Positions 27,425-38,771 of a DNA stretch of 62,529 nt are shown in pieces. The stretch lies in NCBI GenBank assembly GCA_037441365.1, contig JBBISG010000005.1, forward strand, positions 1 through 62,529. Direction: 5' to 3'. This stretch comes from Nitrospirota bacterium. GTDB lineage: Bacteria > Nitrospirota > Thermodesulfovibrionia > Thermodesulfovibrionales > UBA9159. Numbering within the stretch: the first letter of the stretch is position 1; every line of letters starts with the position of its first letter. The position numbers and the translations under genes are program-made. Below the pieces are notes generated by a model. The model was not told the DNA's origin. It worked only from the letters and a program-made list of their open reading frames with translations, and made no database searches.

Positions 27425-29346
27425 TGCATCTGGAGGTAAACTGCTTCTCTCATCAATGAAAGTGCAGTATTATATATGCCATCCGTATCAAGCTGATACT
27501 TCTCTCTCAGGATTCCCTGCGCACCATGCTCGACAAATTCGTCTGGAATTCCAAGGAGTTTTATCCTGCGACCTCTGATATCGAGGCTGCTGAGGTGTTC
27601 GAGGACAGCGCTTCCAAAACCTCCAGCAACTACATTTTCTTCTATTATCAGTATCCTCCGTACCCTCGATGCTATGGAATTCAGGAGATGGACGTCCAGA
27701 GGCTTTATAAAACGGGCATTAACAACAAGCGGACTCAAGCCGTCGCTCTTCAGCCTTTCTGCTGCCCTGATGGCTGGATAAACAGTGTTTCCTACCGCTA
27801 TGAGGGCGATATCTTCCCCGTCCATGAGTACCTCTGATTCCCCGATGCCGAACTCCATGGGGGGCGCGATAGCGGTTATTTCCTTCAGGGGGATCTTTCC
27901 CCTCGGATACCTTATGGCGGATGGTCCGTTATGTCTCAGGGCGATCTTCAACATCATCTTTAGCTCTATTCCGTCCTTTGGGGCCATAAGGACAAGATTC
28001 GGGATGTGCCTTAAATAGGATATATCGAATAGACCCTGGTGCGTTGCACCGTCCTCCCCAACAATACCTGCCCTGTCAATGGCAAAGACAACAGGTAGGT
28101 TCTGCAGGCAGACATCATGGACGATCTCGTCATAGGCCCTCTGCAGGAATGTGGAATATATGGCGACAACAGGTCTGAGTCCCTGACTGGCCAATCCAGC
28201 AGCAAAGGTTACGGCGTGTGGTTCGGCGATGCCTACATCATAAAACCTATCAGGATAACTATCTGCAAAGATATCGAGGCCGGTTCCCTCGCGCATGGCA
28301 GCAGAGACCGCCACGATCCTGCCGTCGCCCCTCGCAAGCGCTGTTAATGTCCTGCCGAAGACCTCACTATAGGTTGGGACTGAGGTATCAGATGTAACGA
28401 CCCCTGAGTCTGGGTCAAATGGGCCGACTCCATGAAATATGCAGGGGTCTTCCTCTGAGAACCTGTAGCCCCTGCCCTTTTTTGTTATCAGGTGTATCAG
28501 GATTGGTTCATTGGCAGTTTTTACCTTCCTGAAGGTCTCTATGAGAAGTTCGATATTATGGCCGTCTATGGGACCTATATAATTAAACCCGAGCTCCTCA
28601 AACAATACCCCCGGTAAAAATAACCCTTTTAATGTTTCCTCGGCCTTACGGGCCATCTTCGACATCGGACTTCCGAACATTGGCAGATTTTCGAGAAGGG
28701 ATTTCATCTCTCTTTTGAATCTCCTGTATATGTCGCCTGTGAGTATTCGGTTGAGGTATGAAGCAAGGGCACCCACATTCCTCGATATTGACATCTCATT
28801 GTCATTCAGGATGACAATGAGGTCCTTTTTGAGCTGACCTGCGTGGTTTAGTCCTTCAAAGGCGAGGCCTGAGGTCATTGCACCATCGCCTATGACAGCT
28901 ATAACCTTATCGGCAATTTGAGATTTTAAGTGTGACATCTGGTATCTTTTAATGATGTCCCTCGCCTCGATCATACCGGTGGCAGCCGATATGGAAGTGG
29001 AGCTGTGTCCTGTGCCAAAGGCATCGAACGGGCTCTCATCAATCCTCGGAAACCCTGAAATGCCCCTGTATTTCCTCAGTGTCTGGAATCTCTCGTATCT
29101 CCCTGTGAGGAGCTTATGGGAGTAAGATTGATGCCCCACATCCCAGATGATCCTGTCCTGAGGGGTATTGAAGACGTAATGGAGCGCTATGGTCAACTCC
29201 ACAACCCCTAAATTTGATGATAGGTGCCCTCCATTTATGGACACCCTCTCGATTATGAGGTTACGCAGCTCCTCGGCCAGGGATTTCAGGTCGCCTATCT
29301 TGAGGGCCTTCAGGTCTTCTGGAGATTTTATGTTCTCTATTAACAT
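27421..29346 (-). CDS. dxs: 1-deoxy-D-xylulose-5-phosphate synthase
   Basis: GGHLSSNLG, WDVGHQSY, GDGAMTSG, DRAGIVGEDG. Confidence 0.97.
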   Translation of the reverse strand: MLIENIKSPEDLKALKIGDLKSLAEELRNLIIERVSINGGHLSSNLGVVELTIALHYVFNTPQDRIIWDVGHQSYSHKLLTGRYERFQTLRKYRGISGFPRIDESPFDAFGTGHSSTSISAATGMIEARDIIKRYQMSHLKSQIADKVIAVIGDGAMTSGLAFEGLNHAGQLKKDLIVILNDNEMSISRNVGALASYLNRILTGDIYRRFKREMKSLLENLPMFGSPMSKMARKAEETLKGLFLPGVLFEELGFNYIGPIDGHNIELLIETFRKVKTANEPILIHLITKKGRGYRFSEEDPCIFHGVGPFDPDSGVVTSDTSVPTYSEVFGRTLTALARGDGRIVAVSAAMREGTGLDIFADSYPDRFYDVGIAEPHAVTFAAGLASQGLRPVVAIYSTFLQRAYDEIVHDVCLQNLPVVFAIDRAGIVGEDGATHQGLFDISYLRHIPNLVLMAPKDGIELKMMLKIALRHNGPSAIRYPRGKIPLKEITAIAPPMEFGIGESEVLMDGEDIALIAVGNTVYPAIRAAERLKSDGLSPLVVNARFIKPLDVHLLNSIASRVRRILIIEENVVAGGFGSAVLEHLSSLDIRGRRIKLLGIPDEFVEHGAQGILREKYQLDTDGIYNTALSLMREAVYLQMQ

Positions 29347-29363
29347 GGCTCAAATGGCATCTT

Positions 29364-30257
29364 CTAATTTTTTCTTTCCAGCATATACCTTGCAATCTCC
29401 TTCAACGGCCCTGCCTTTTCATCAAAGATCGCCAGTGATTTAATTGCATCATTAACTAATTCAACCGCTTTTTTCATGGAAAGTTCGATCCCGTAAAGGC
29501 AAGGGTAGGTCATCTTCTTCTTTTTCTCATCAGAGCCCCGCGGCTTGCCGAGCACACATGTCTCGCCCTCTACATCGAGTATATCATCGATGACCTGAAA
29601 TGCTAAACCGACATTCTCGCCATATTCTGTAAGAGCGGATAATTTTTCTTCGTCGCACCCTCCAAGTATCCCGCCAACCCTGACAGAGGCCGCTATGAGT
29701 GCAGCGGTTTTATGCCTGTGTATAAAGGTGAGCGTCTTGACATCGGGTTCAGCATCCTCAGACAAGAGGTCCTGTGACTGACCGGCAACCATTCCGCGCA
29801 TGCCTGCTGCATGGGCGACCTCAGTGATAACCCTCAGGATTTTAGATCGGGTATTAAGATCTCCAATCTTCAACCCACAATCAGCGATTAGATAGAATGC
29901 CTCTGTCAGAAGGGCGTCCCCCGCGAGGATCGCTATCCCTTCACCAAAGACCTTATGGTTTGTGGGTTTACCGCGCCTCAGGTCGTCATTGTCCATTGCA
30001 GGGAGGTCGTCATGGATTAATGAATAAGTGTGTATGAATTCGAGGGCGGCTGCACAGGGGAGTATATCCTCGGCCTTTCCGTCACACGTCTCGTATGAGG
30101 CAAGACAGAGGATCGGCCTTAGCCTCTTGCCGCCTGCTGAAAGCGAATACGTCATGGAATTTTTGAGCACATCAGGTATTACAGGCACATTAAAATATTC
30201 TTTGATAAATGCATCAATCATCTGGCGTTTACTGTTTAAATAGTTCTCTAAATCCAT
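29364..30257 (-). CDS. ispA: Farnesyl/geranylgeranyl diphosphate synthase
   Basis: GGKRLRP, HDDLPAMDNDDLRRG, FQVIDDILD. Confidence 0.95.
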   Translation of the reverse strand: MDLENYLNSKRQMIDAFIKEYFNVPVIPDVLKNSMTYSLSAGGKRLRPILCLASYETCDGKAEDILPCAAALEFIHTYSLIHDDLPAMDNDDLRRGKPTNHKVFGEGIAILAGDALLTEAFYLIADCGLKIGDLNTRSKILRVITEVAHAAGMRGMVAGQSQDLLSEDAEPDVKTLTFIHRHKTAALIAASVRVGGILGGCDEEKLSALTEYGENVGLAFQVIDDILDVEGETCVLGKPRGSDEKKKKMTYPCLYGIELSMKKAVELVNDAIKSLAIFDEKAGPLKEIARYMLERKN

Positions 30258-30308
30258 ATCAACCCTTCATAACTTCTCTGTTTTCTCCTGCCATCTTATC
30301 CTCGTCTA

Positions 30309-31847
30309 TCACTCCCACTCGATCGTCCCGGGGGGTTTTGAGGTGATATCATAAACAACCCTGTTGACCCCCTTCACCTCATTTATTATCCTGCTGGAGA
30401 CCCTCTCCATCACCTCATACGGTATCCTTGCCCAGTCAGCGGTCATGCCGTCCACGCTCTTGACGCCCCTGACGGCGATCACGTTTTCGTATGTCCTCAT
30501 ATCACCCATCACGCCTACGCTTTTTACAGGTAGCAACACTGCAAATGCCTGCCAGAGTGTCCCATAGAGCCTTGCCTTCTTTATCTCTTCAAGCACAATG
30601 GCATCAGCCTTCCTGAGGACCTCTATCCTGTCTTTAGTGACCTCACCGATACATCTTATCGCGAGGCCCGGGCCCGGGAATGGATGCCTGTAGATGACCT
30701 CATCGGGCATGCCGAGCTCTTTTCCCAGCAGTCTGACCTCGTCCTTAAAGAGCTCTCTCAGCGGCTCAAGAAGCCTCAGCCTCATTTTTTTAAGCAGGCC
30801 GCCGACATTGTGATGGCTTTTAATCGTTGCTGACGGCCCTTTAAATGAAGTGCTCTCTATGACATCTGGATACAATGTCCCCTGCGCGAGGAAGCCGACA
30901 TTCTCTATCTTCACCGCCTCCTCTTCAAAGACCCGTATGAATTCATTGCCTATTATCTTTCGCTTTCTCTCCGGGTCTGTCACACCCCTGAGCTTGCTGA
31001 GAAACCTGTCGGATGCATCCACACTTCGTATATCCATATGGAAGTTTCTCCTGAGGGTCTCTTCAACCTTCTTTGCCTCACCAGCCCTTAACAGGCCGTT
31101 GTCAACAAAGATACAGGTGAGGGCATTGCCAATGGCCTCCTGGACAAGGACTGCCGTGACAGAAGAGTCAACCCCTCCGCTTATGCCGCATACAACCCGC
31201 TTGTCCCCAACAGTTTTTTTAATCTCTTTCTTTGCTGTCTCGATAAATGACCTCATCGTCCATGTAGGTTTACAGCCGCATATCCTTAATACAAAGTTCC
31301 TGATTATCTTTTTCCCATGGAGGGTATGGACGACCTCTGGATGAAACTGCATGGCATAGAGCCTTCTCTTCCTGTCTGCCATTGCAGCTATGGGAGAGTT
31401 GTCTGTGTGGGCAATCCTGTCGAAACCCCTGGGGAGTTTCTCTATCCTGTCTCCATGGCTCATCCAGACAACGGTTCTCTCCGGAAGCCCCCGAAGGAGG
31501 TCTATGGTGTCATCAACAGAGAGTTCTGCCTTTCCGTATTCCCTCTTCTGGGCCTTGGCCACCTTCCCGCCAGGAAAGATATGGGCCATCAGCTGCATCC
31601 CATAACATATGCCGAGGATTGGAAGGCCGAGGGCAAAGACCCCTCTGTCAGGGATTGGCGCATCATGATCATACACGCTCGATGGGCCACCAGAGAGGAT
31701 GATCCCTTTGGGATTGAAGTTTTTTATCTTCTCGATAGGGACATTAAATGGGAATATCTCAGAGTAGACCCTGTTTTCCCTTACCCTGCGTGCTATGAGT
31801 TGTGTATACTGAGAACCGAAATCGAGGACTAATATCTTATCGGTCAT
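30309..31847 (-). CDS. guaA: GMP synthase (glutamine-hydrolysing)
   Basis: [34 protein letters not shown]. Confidence 0.98.
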   Translation of the reverse strand: MTDKILVLDFGSQYTQLIARRVRENRVYSEIFPFNVPIEKIKNFNPKGIILSGGPSSVYDHDAPIPDRGVFALGLPILGICYGMQLMAHIFPGGKVAKAQKREYGKAELSVDDTIDLLRGLPERTVVWMSHGDRIEKLPRGFDRIAHTDNSPIAAMADRKRRLYAMQFHPEVVHTLHGKKIIRNFVLRICGCKPTWTMRSFIETAKKEIKKTVGDKRVVCGISGGVDSSVTAVLVQEAIGNALTCIFVDNGLLRAGEAKKVEETLRRNFHMDIRSVDASDRFLSKLRGVTDPERKRKIIGNEFIRVFEEEAVKIENVGFLAQGTLYPDVIESTSFKGPSATIKSHHNVGGLLKKMRLRLLEPLRELFKDEVRLLGKELGMPDEVIYRHPFPGPGLAIRCIGEVTKDRIEVLRKADAIVLEEIKKARLYGTLWQAFAVLLPVKSVGVMGDMRTYENVIAVRGVKSVDGMTADWARIPYEVMERVSSRIINEVKGVNRVVYDITSKPPGTIEWE

Positions 31848-31900
31848 TTTTGTCTATAATTTGAAAATCTGCAATTCGAAATCAACGACGTAAGATTTCT

Positions 31901-33376
<1,476 letters not shown>

Positions 33377-33558
33377 CTATTAATAAATTTGTGAAATTCT
33401 AACATTTTTATATCGGGTAATGCAATGAAAATAAGTAGGCTTGAGAAGGTCTATTTTGCTAAAAATGAAAATTCTGAGGGATAAACCCTAAAATCGACTT
33501 CGTAAAATCGCCGTAGAGCCTTTCTTTTAGACCATCCCATACCTGACTACCTCCCTCA

Positions 33559-33631
33559 TTCATAAAGATTTTTAAATGAGGCAATGATTCAGTTTCGTAA
33601 AGATTTTTGATAAGGCAATTCGAGGACTTGA
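33559..33631 (+). repeat. 73-bp repeat, copy A (two tandem TTCRTAAAGATTTTT..T(G/A)AGGCAA units)
   Basis: Reverse complement matches 54414-54486 at 70 of 73 positions by manual alignment. Confidence 0.9.
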
Positions 33632-33690
33632 ACTTTAAATGCATTTTATGCAAAATATACATACTTTCTTTCCCCTGCCTGATAAAGATT

Positions 33691-34722
33691 ATGGAAGGAC
33701 TCACATATAAGAGAGCGGGTGTTGATATCGATGAGGGTGAGAGGTTTGTGAGGATGATCTCTCCCCTTGTCAGGAAGACCTTCAGGGATGGGGTTCTTGC
33801 CGATATTGGGTCATTTGGTGCACTCTTCAGACTCGACACTAAGAGATACAAAGAGCCGGTTCTTGTGAGCGGGACAGACGGTGTGGGAACGAAGTTGAAG
33901 GTCGCCTTCATGATGGACAGGCATGATACAGTCGGGATCGACCTTGTTGCCATGTGTGTGAATGATATCTTGACCAATGGCGCAGAGCCTCTCTTTTTTC
34001 TGGATTATCTTGCTACTGGAAGGCTCGAACCTGAGAAGGCATCCGTGGTCATTGAGGGCATTGTCGAGGGCTGCAGAGAGGCAGGATGCGCCCTTATCGG
34101 AGGGGAGACTGCGGAGATGCCAGGATTCTATCGAGATGGTGAATATGACCTATCGGGTTTTGCCGTTGGTGTTGTGGACAGGGATGAGATAATCGATGGT
34201 TCTGGCATAAAGGCAGGCGATACCATTATCGGCCTTTCATCAAGCGGCCTTCACAGCAACGGCTACTCCCTTGTGAGGAAGATATTCTTTGATAACGAGG
34301 GGATGGATGTGTCGGCCTATATCCCTGAACTCGATACAATGCTCGGCGAAGAGCTTCTCAGACCCACAAGGATCTATGTAAAGGCATTTAATGCATTAAA
34401 CGGTAAGGTAAAGATAAAGGGGATCGCACATATTACGGGTGGAGGGATCCCGGGCAATCTTCCGAGGATACTCCCTGACGGGGTTATGGCCGTCCTCAGG
34501 GAAGGGTCATGGCCTGTCCACAGGATATTCAGGCTCATTCAGGAGATAGGCCATGTTCCTGTGGATGACATGAGGAGGACATTTAATATGGGGATAGGTT
34601 ATGTCATGGTCATTCCCGAAGGAGACGCCACAAGTGCAGTCTCCATTTTAAAAAGTGCTGGTTTTGATTCATACATTATAGGCAGTATAGAAAAGGGCTT
34701 TAAGGAGGTAAGGTATGATTAA
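33691..34722 (+). CDS. purM: Phosphoribosylformylglycinamidine cyclo-ligase
   Basis: LTYKRAGVDI, TDGVGTK, GGETAEMPG, HSNGYS; ATG 33691 preferred. Confidence 0.97.
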   Translation: MEGLTYKRAGVDIDEGERFVRMISPLVRKTFRDGVLADIGSFGALFRLDTKRYKEPVLVSGTDGVGTKLKVAFMMDRHDTVGIDLVAMCVNDILTNGAEPLFFLDYLATGRLEPEKASVVIEGIVEGCREAGCALIGGETAEMPGFYRDGEYDLSGFAVGVVDRDEIIDGSGIKAGDTIIGLSSSGLHSNGYSLVRKIFFDNEGMDVSAYIPELDTMLGEELLRPTRIYVKAFNALNGKVKIKGIAHITGGGIPGNLPRILPDGVMAVLREGSWPVHRIFRLIQEIGHVPVDDMRRTFNMGIGYVMVIPEGDATSAVSILKSAGFDSYIIGSIEKGFKEVRYD

Positions 34723-35542
34723 GAGGTTTTTGAGAAAGGCATTCACGCCCATAACAATAATGATTGTTCCTCACAGCAATACAGGACCCTTCAGTTTTAA
34801 GGTCCCATCTGTTGGGATAGTCCTCTCTGTTGCGCTGTGGCTGATAGGTTCTGTCTATGTATTGTCAGTCGCTGTAAGGGCATTTGAGTATCAGATGATG
34901 AAGGAACAGTTAAACTATTACTCAGGGCAGTTTACAGAACTGAAGGCGACCATAAATGCATTAAAGAGGGCGGAGTCTGAGTTCAGGAGGATATTCTCGC
35001 TCGGGACAAAGGAGAGGGTGCTTGAGAATATCCACACCTCTGATAGCGGCTCTATCGATATGGAGGCATTGAGGGACCAGATCAAGAATACGGTCGAGAG
35101 CGTAAAGGATATAAGGGAATACCTGAAAGAGCAAAAGGACATCTATATGGCAACCCCTAAGGGTTGGCCTGTAATGGGGAGGGTTACATCAACATACGGC
35201 AGAAGGGAAAACCCTGTTAATGGAGGAGAGGACTTTCATTCAGGCATAGATATAGCAGTCGAGCCAGGCACGCCGATCAGGGCAACTGCAGATGGCGTTG
35301 TGAGTTTTTCCGGGTGGAGTGGAGGCAGTGGAAACCTCGTAGTCCTGGAGCACGGCTTCGGGTATTCTACGTTCTATGCTCATAACAGGGCTATTCTGGT
35401 GAAGGTCGGTCAGCGTGTGAGGCGGGGAGATGTAATCGCCTATTCTGGCTCGACAGGGAATGCCACAGGACCCCATTCTCACTATGAGATATGGAAGGAT
35501 GGCAGGCATGTAAACCCCAGACCATTCATCGAAGGGAGGTAA
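34715..35542 (+). CDS. M23 family metallopeptidase
   Basis: HSGID, YAHN, GPHSHYE; N-terminal TM and coiled coil. Confidence 0.9.
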   Translation: MIKRFLRKAFTPITIMIVPHSNTGPFSFKVPSVGIVLSVALWLIGSVYVLSVAVRAFEYQMMKEQLNYYSGQFTELKATINALKRAESEFRRIFSLGTKERVLENIHTSDSGSIDMEALRDQIKNTVESVKDIREYLKEQKDIYMATPKGWPVMGRVTSTYGRRENPVNGGEDFHSGIDIAVEPGTPIRATADGVVSFSGWSGGSGNLVVLEHGFGYSTFYAHNRAILVKVGQRVRRGDVIAYSGSTGNATGPHSHYEIWKDGRHVNPRPFIEGR

Positions 35543-35544
35543 TC

Positions 35545-35931
35545 ATGTTTTCGAGAAATACTGAAAAACTTGAGTCATTTGTGGGCGCAAACAGTCATTT
35601 TAAAGGCGACATCAATACCAAAGGAACTCTGAGAATCGATGGAACGGTTAATGGAAATATTGAGGCAGACTGGCTTATCCTTGGAGAAAAGGCAAATCTC
35701 AAAGGTGATGTGGCATCAAGAGGGGTGATTGTGGGCGGCAGGATAGAGGGCAATGTCACGGCAAAGGAGATAATAGAGATTAAATCAAAGGGTCAGGTTA
35801 TAGGTGAGATAAAGACGCCCAAGCTTATGGTGGCAGAGGGGGGGGTACTCGAGGGCCGCTCCACAATGCAGAGAGGAGATTCTAAGGTCGTTGAACTCCA
35901 CCTGAAGGAGAGGGCAACGACAGATATTTGA
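35545..35931 (+). CDS. Bactofilin (polymer-forming cytoskeletal protein)
   Basis: GTLRIDG...GEKANLKGDV...GRIEGNV beta-helix repeats; GGAGG RBS; usual M23-bactofilin pairing. Confidence 0.9.
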   Translation: MFSRNTEKLESFVGANSHFKGDINTKGTLRIDGTVNGNIEADWLILGEKANLKGDVASRGVIVGGRIEGNVTAKEIIEIKSKGQVIGEIKTPKLMVAEGGVLEGRSTMQRGDSKVVELHLKERATTDI

Positions 35932-36071
35932 AATCATTACCGATATTTTGTTATATTAAAATTTTATTGTAAGAATTGACAGTCTCATTTGAAAGGATAT
36001 TCCTCGCTAACGCCTGGAATGATAGTTAGAATTCGATTCTCGTAAACCAGGGCAGGGGATGGCATCCCCTG

Positions 36072-36596
36072 ATGGTCTATAAGATGAAGATACTTCTATC
36101 TGACATAACCGAAGACGGGCTTGATTTAGACTTCGAGGAGGCCCTCGAGTCAGGGTCATTGAGGCTGCTCTCCCCTGTGAGGGCAATGCTGCGTGTCGAT
36201 AAGGTCGGTTCAGAGGTGCTCGTGAAAGGCGAGATCAGGGCCAGCGTCGGATTACAATGCAGCCGGTGCCTCAAGGATTTTTCAAGCGATGCGGATGTGA
36301 GCATAGATGTGGTATACCATCCTGTGGAGGAACTTAAGGGCGAAGAAAGGTATGAGGTAGGGAAAGATGAGCTTGACATGGACTTTTACAGAGGCGATGA
36401 GCTTGACATCGAGGGGCTGATGCTCGAACAGATACTGTTGAGCGTGCCGATGAAACCTCTCTGCAGCAGATCCTGTAAGGGCATATGCCCGAAATGCGGT
36501 GCAGATCTGAATGTAAAGACATGCAGTTGTGAGATCAGAGAGATAGATCCAAGGCTTGCGGTTTTGAAGAAAATTTATGGCGACAGAAAGGAGTAG
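36072..36596 (+). CDS. yceD: YceD/DUF177 family protein
   Basis: CSRCL, PMKPLC...CKGICPKCG, DPRLAVLK; upstream of rpmF. Confidence 0.9.
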   Translation: MVYKMKILLSDITEDGLDLDFEEALESGSLRLLSPVRAMLRVDKVGSEVLVKGEIRASVGLQCSRCLKDFSSDADVSIDVVYHPVEELKGEERYEVGKDELDMDFYRGDELDIEGLMLEQILLSVPMKPLCSRSCKGICPKCGADLNVKTCSCEIREIDPRLAVLKKIYGDRKE

Positions 36597-36599
36597 AGA

Positions 36600-36785
36600 G
36601 TGGCAAATCCTACACATAGGCATACGAGGTCAAGGAGAGACAAGAGAAGGGCAAACTGGAGGGGTCAGATGCCAGATCTCACTGTCTGCCCCGAGTGCAA
36701 GGAACTTAAGGAGTCCCACAGGGTATGCTTGAGCTGCGGCTCCTATAATGGCCGAAAGGTTCTTGAAATAGTTGAGAAGGAATGA
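36600..36785 (+). CDS. rpmF: 50S ribosomal protein L32
   Basis: SRRDKRR, CPEC...HRVCLSCGSY. Confidence 0.95.
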   Translation: MANPTHRHTRSRRDKRRANWRGQMPDLTVCPECKELKESHRVCLSCGSYNGRKVLEIVEKE

Positions 36786-37804
36786 GAGTTGCCCTTGATG
36801 CAATGGGGGGTGACTTTGCCCCTGCCGTCACTGTCGAGGGCGCTGTCGAGGCGGTTAAAGAGGGTGAAGACATCGAGATCATCCTTGTCGGCGATGAGGC
36901 CTCAATAAAGAGAGAACTTTCTGGTAAGAAATACCCCAAAAACAGGCTTCAGATAAGGCATGCATCCCAGACCATCGGGATGGATGAGCCAGCGCTTTCT
37001 GCCGTAAGAAAGAAGAAAGACTCATCCATAAGGAGGGCCGTCGAGCTTGTAAAGAACAGAGAGGCTGACGCTGCTGTGAGTGCGGGCCATTCAGGTGCAG
37101 CCATGGCAATAGCATTACTCATGCTCGGCGCATCAAGGGGTGTTGACAGGCCAGCCATTGCAACGATAATGCCCACATTAAAAGGACCCTTTGTGCTCAT
37201 TGATGCAGGCGCCAATGTCGATTGTGCTCCTGAGAATCTATTCCAGTTTGCCTTGATGGGCGATGCCTACTGCAGGGCGATGCTTGGCATGCAGGAGCCG
37301 CGGATCGCACTTTTGAGCATAGGAGAGGAGGATACCAAGGGCAATGTCCTCACAAAAGAGGCATTCGGTCTTCTCAGGGATTCAGGCATAAGGTTTATCG
37401 GGAATATCGAAGGGAAGGATATCTTTTCAGGCAATGCAGATGTGGTAGTCTGCGATGGTTTTATAGGGAACATAGTGCTTAAGACGAGTGAGGGACTTGC
37501 AGATGTCATACTAAAGATGCTGAGAAGGGAGATAGCAGATGTGGCCACAGGGAGGATCGGCTATCTCTTCATGAAACCTGCCCTCAGGAATTTCAAAAAG
37601 AAGACAGATTATGCTGAGTATGGAGGTGCACCTCTGCTCGGCATAAACGGCACATGCATAATAAGTCATGGAAGGTCTTCAGCAAAGGCCATAAGAAACG
37701 CTATAAAGGTTGCAGCAGAGTTCTCTAACAAAGGGGTGTATGAGGTCATAGCACAGGAGATAAGTAACTTCCATTCAAAGGTGGTTAAGGGTGATAAGGT
37801 CTAA
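36782..37804 (+). CDS. plsX: Phosphate acyltransferase
   Basis: ALDAMGGDFAP, DAGAN, CDGFIGN, GGAPLLG. Confidence 0.97.
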   Translation: MRVALDAMGGDFAPAVTVEGAVEAVKEGEDIEIILVGDEASIKRELSGKKYPKNRLQIRHASQTIGMDEPALSAVRKKKDSSIRRAVELVKNREADAAVSAGHSGAAMAIALLMLGASRGVDRPAIATIMPTLKGPFVLIDAGANVDCAPENLFQFALMGDAYCRAMLGMQEPRIALLSIGEEDTKGNVLTKEAFGLLRDSGIRFIGNIEGKDIFSGNADVVVCDGFIGNIVLKTSEGLADVILKMLRREIADVATGRIGYLFMKPALRNFKKKTDYAEYGGAPLLGINGTCIISHGRSSAKAIRNAIKVAAEFSNKGVYEVIAQEISNFHSKVVKGDKV

Positions 37805-38771
37805 GATCATATCTACAGGCTCTTACGCTCCTGAGAAGGTCCTCACAAACCTTGACCTCGAAAGGATGGTCGATACATCAGACGAATGGATCACCGAAAG
37901 GACCGGAATAAAGGAACGAAGAATCGCAAATGAAAACCAGGCAGCCTCGGACCTGGCCTATGAGGCATCGAAGGCAGCCCTTAAGAGCGCTGCCCTGAAG
38001 GCAAAAGATATCGATCTTATAATAGTCGCCACAGTGACAGGTGATATGCCAGTGCCATCGACTGCATGCATCCTGCAGGACAGGTTGGGTGCCAAAAGGG
38101 CAGCAGCCTTTGACATTAATGCCGCCTGCTCGGGGTTCATCTATGGCCTCTCCATTGCTGATGGCTTTATAAAGAGTAAGGCCTGCAGGAGGGTGCTTGT
38201 GATAGGTTCTGAGACCCTCTCCAAGTTTACAGACTGGAAGGACAGAACTACATGCGTATTATTCGGTGATGGAGCAGGCGCTGCGATACTCGATGCAACA
38301 GAGGAGGATAGGGGGATAATATCCACAAAGATTCATTCTGATGGCAGCCTGTGGGACCTGCTTCATATCCCGGGCGGCGGTTCAAGGCATCCTGCCTCTG
38401 GCGAGACAGTCAAAAAGAGACTCCACTCTGTAAAGATGAGGGGCAATGAGACATTCAAAGTAGCTGTAAGAACCCTTGAAGGCCTTGTTGTAGAAACCCT
38501 CGAGGAGAATAAGATAAAACCTTCACAACTTTCTCTTCTGATACCTCATCAGGCAAATCTAAGAATCATACAGGCAACAGCAAAGAGGCTGAATCTCCCT
38601 ATGGAAAGGGTGCTTGTAAATCTCGATAGATACGGCAATACATCTGCTGCATCAATCCCAATAGCCCTCGATGAGGCTGTGAGGACAGGAAGGGTCAGGG
38701 ATGGCGATTACATACTTCTTGAGGCATTTGGCGGTGGGCTCACATGGGCCTCTGCACTGATAAAGTGGTAG
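37791..38771 (+). CDS. fabH: 3-oxoacyl-ACP synthase III
   Basis: AACSGF, PHQAN, GNTSAAS. Confidence 0.97.
   Translation: MIRSKIISTGSYAPEKVLTNLDLERMVDTSDEWITERTGIKERRIANENQAASDLAYEASKAALKSAALKAKDIDLIIVATVTGDMPVPSTACILQDRLGAKRAAAFDINAACSGFIYGLSIADGFIKSKACRRVLVIGSETLSKFTDWKDRTTCVLFGDGAGAAILDATEEDRGIISTKIHSDGSLWDLLHIPGGGSRHPASGETVKKRLHSVKMRGNETFKVAVRTLEGLVVETLEENKIKPSQLSLLIPHQANLRIIQATAKRLNLPMERVLVNLDRYGNTSAASIPIALDEAVRTGRVRDGDYILLEAFGGGLTWASALIKW

Noticed and set aside
33559-33631. Repeat units as a mini-CRISPR array (also 54414-54622)
   Set aside because: Only two units per orientation, gaps of about 10 bp that are conserved between copies, and no cas genes.
33459-33690. Extended N-termini or ORFs from the track (purM from 33607; also 1045, 7008, 21618, 35491, 49422, 56280)
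   Set aside because: The extensions overlap neighbouring genes or repeats; downstream ATGs fit family N-termini and usually an RBS better.
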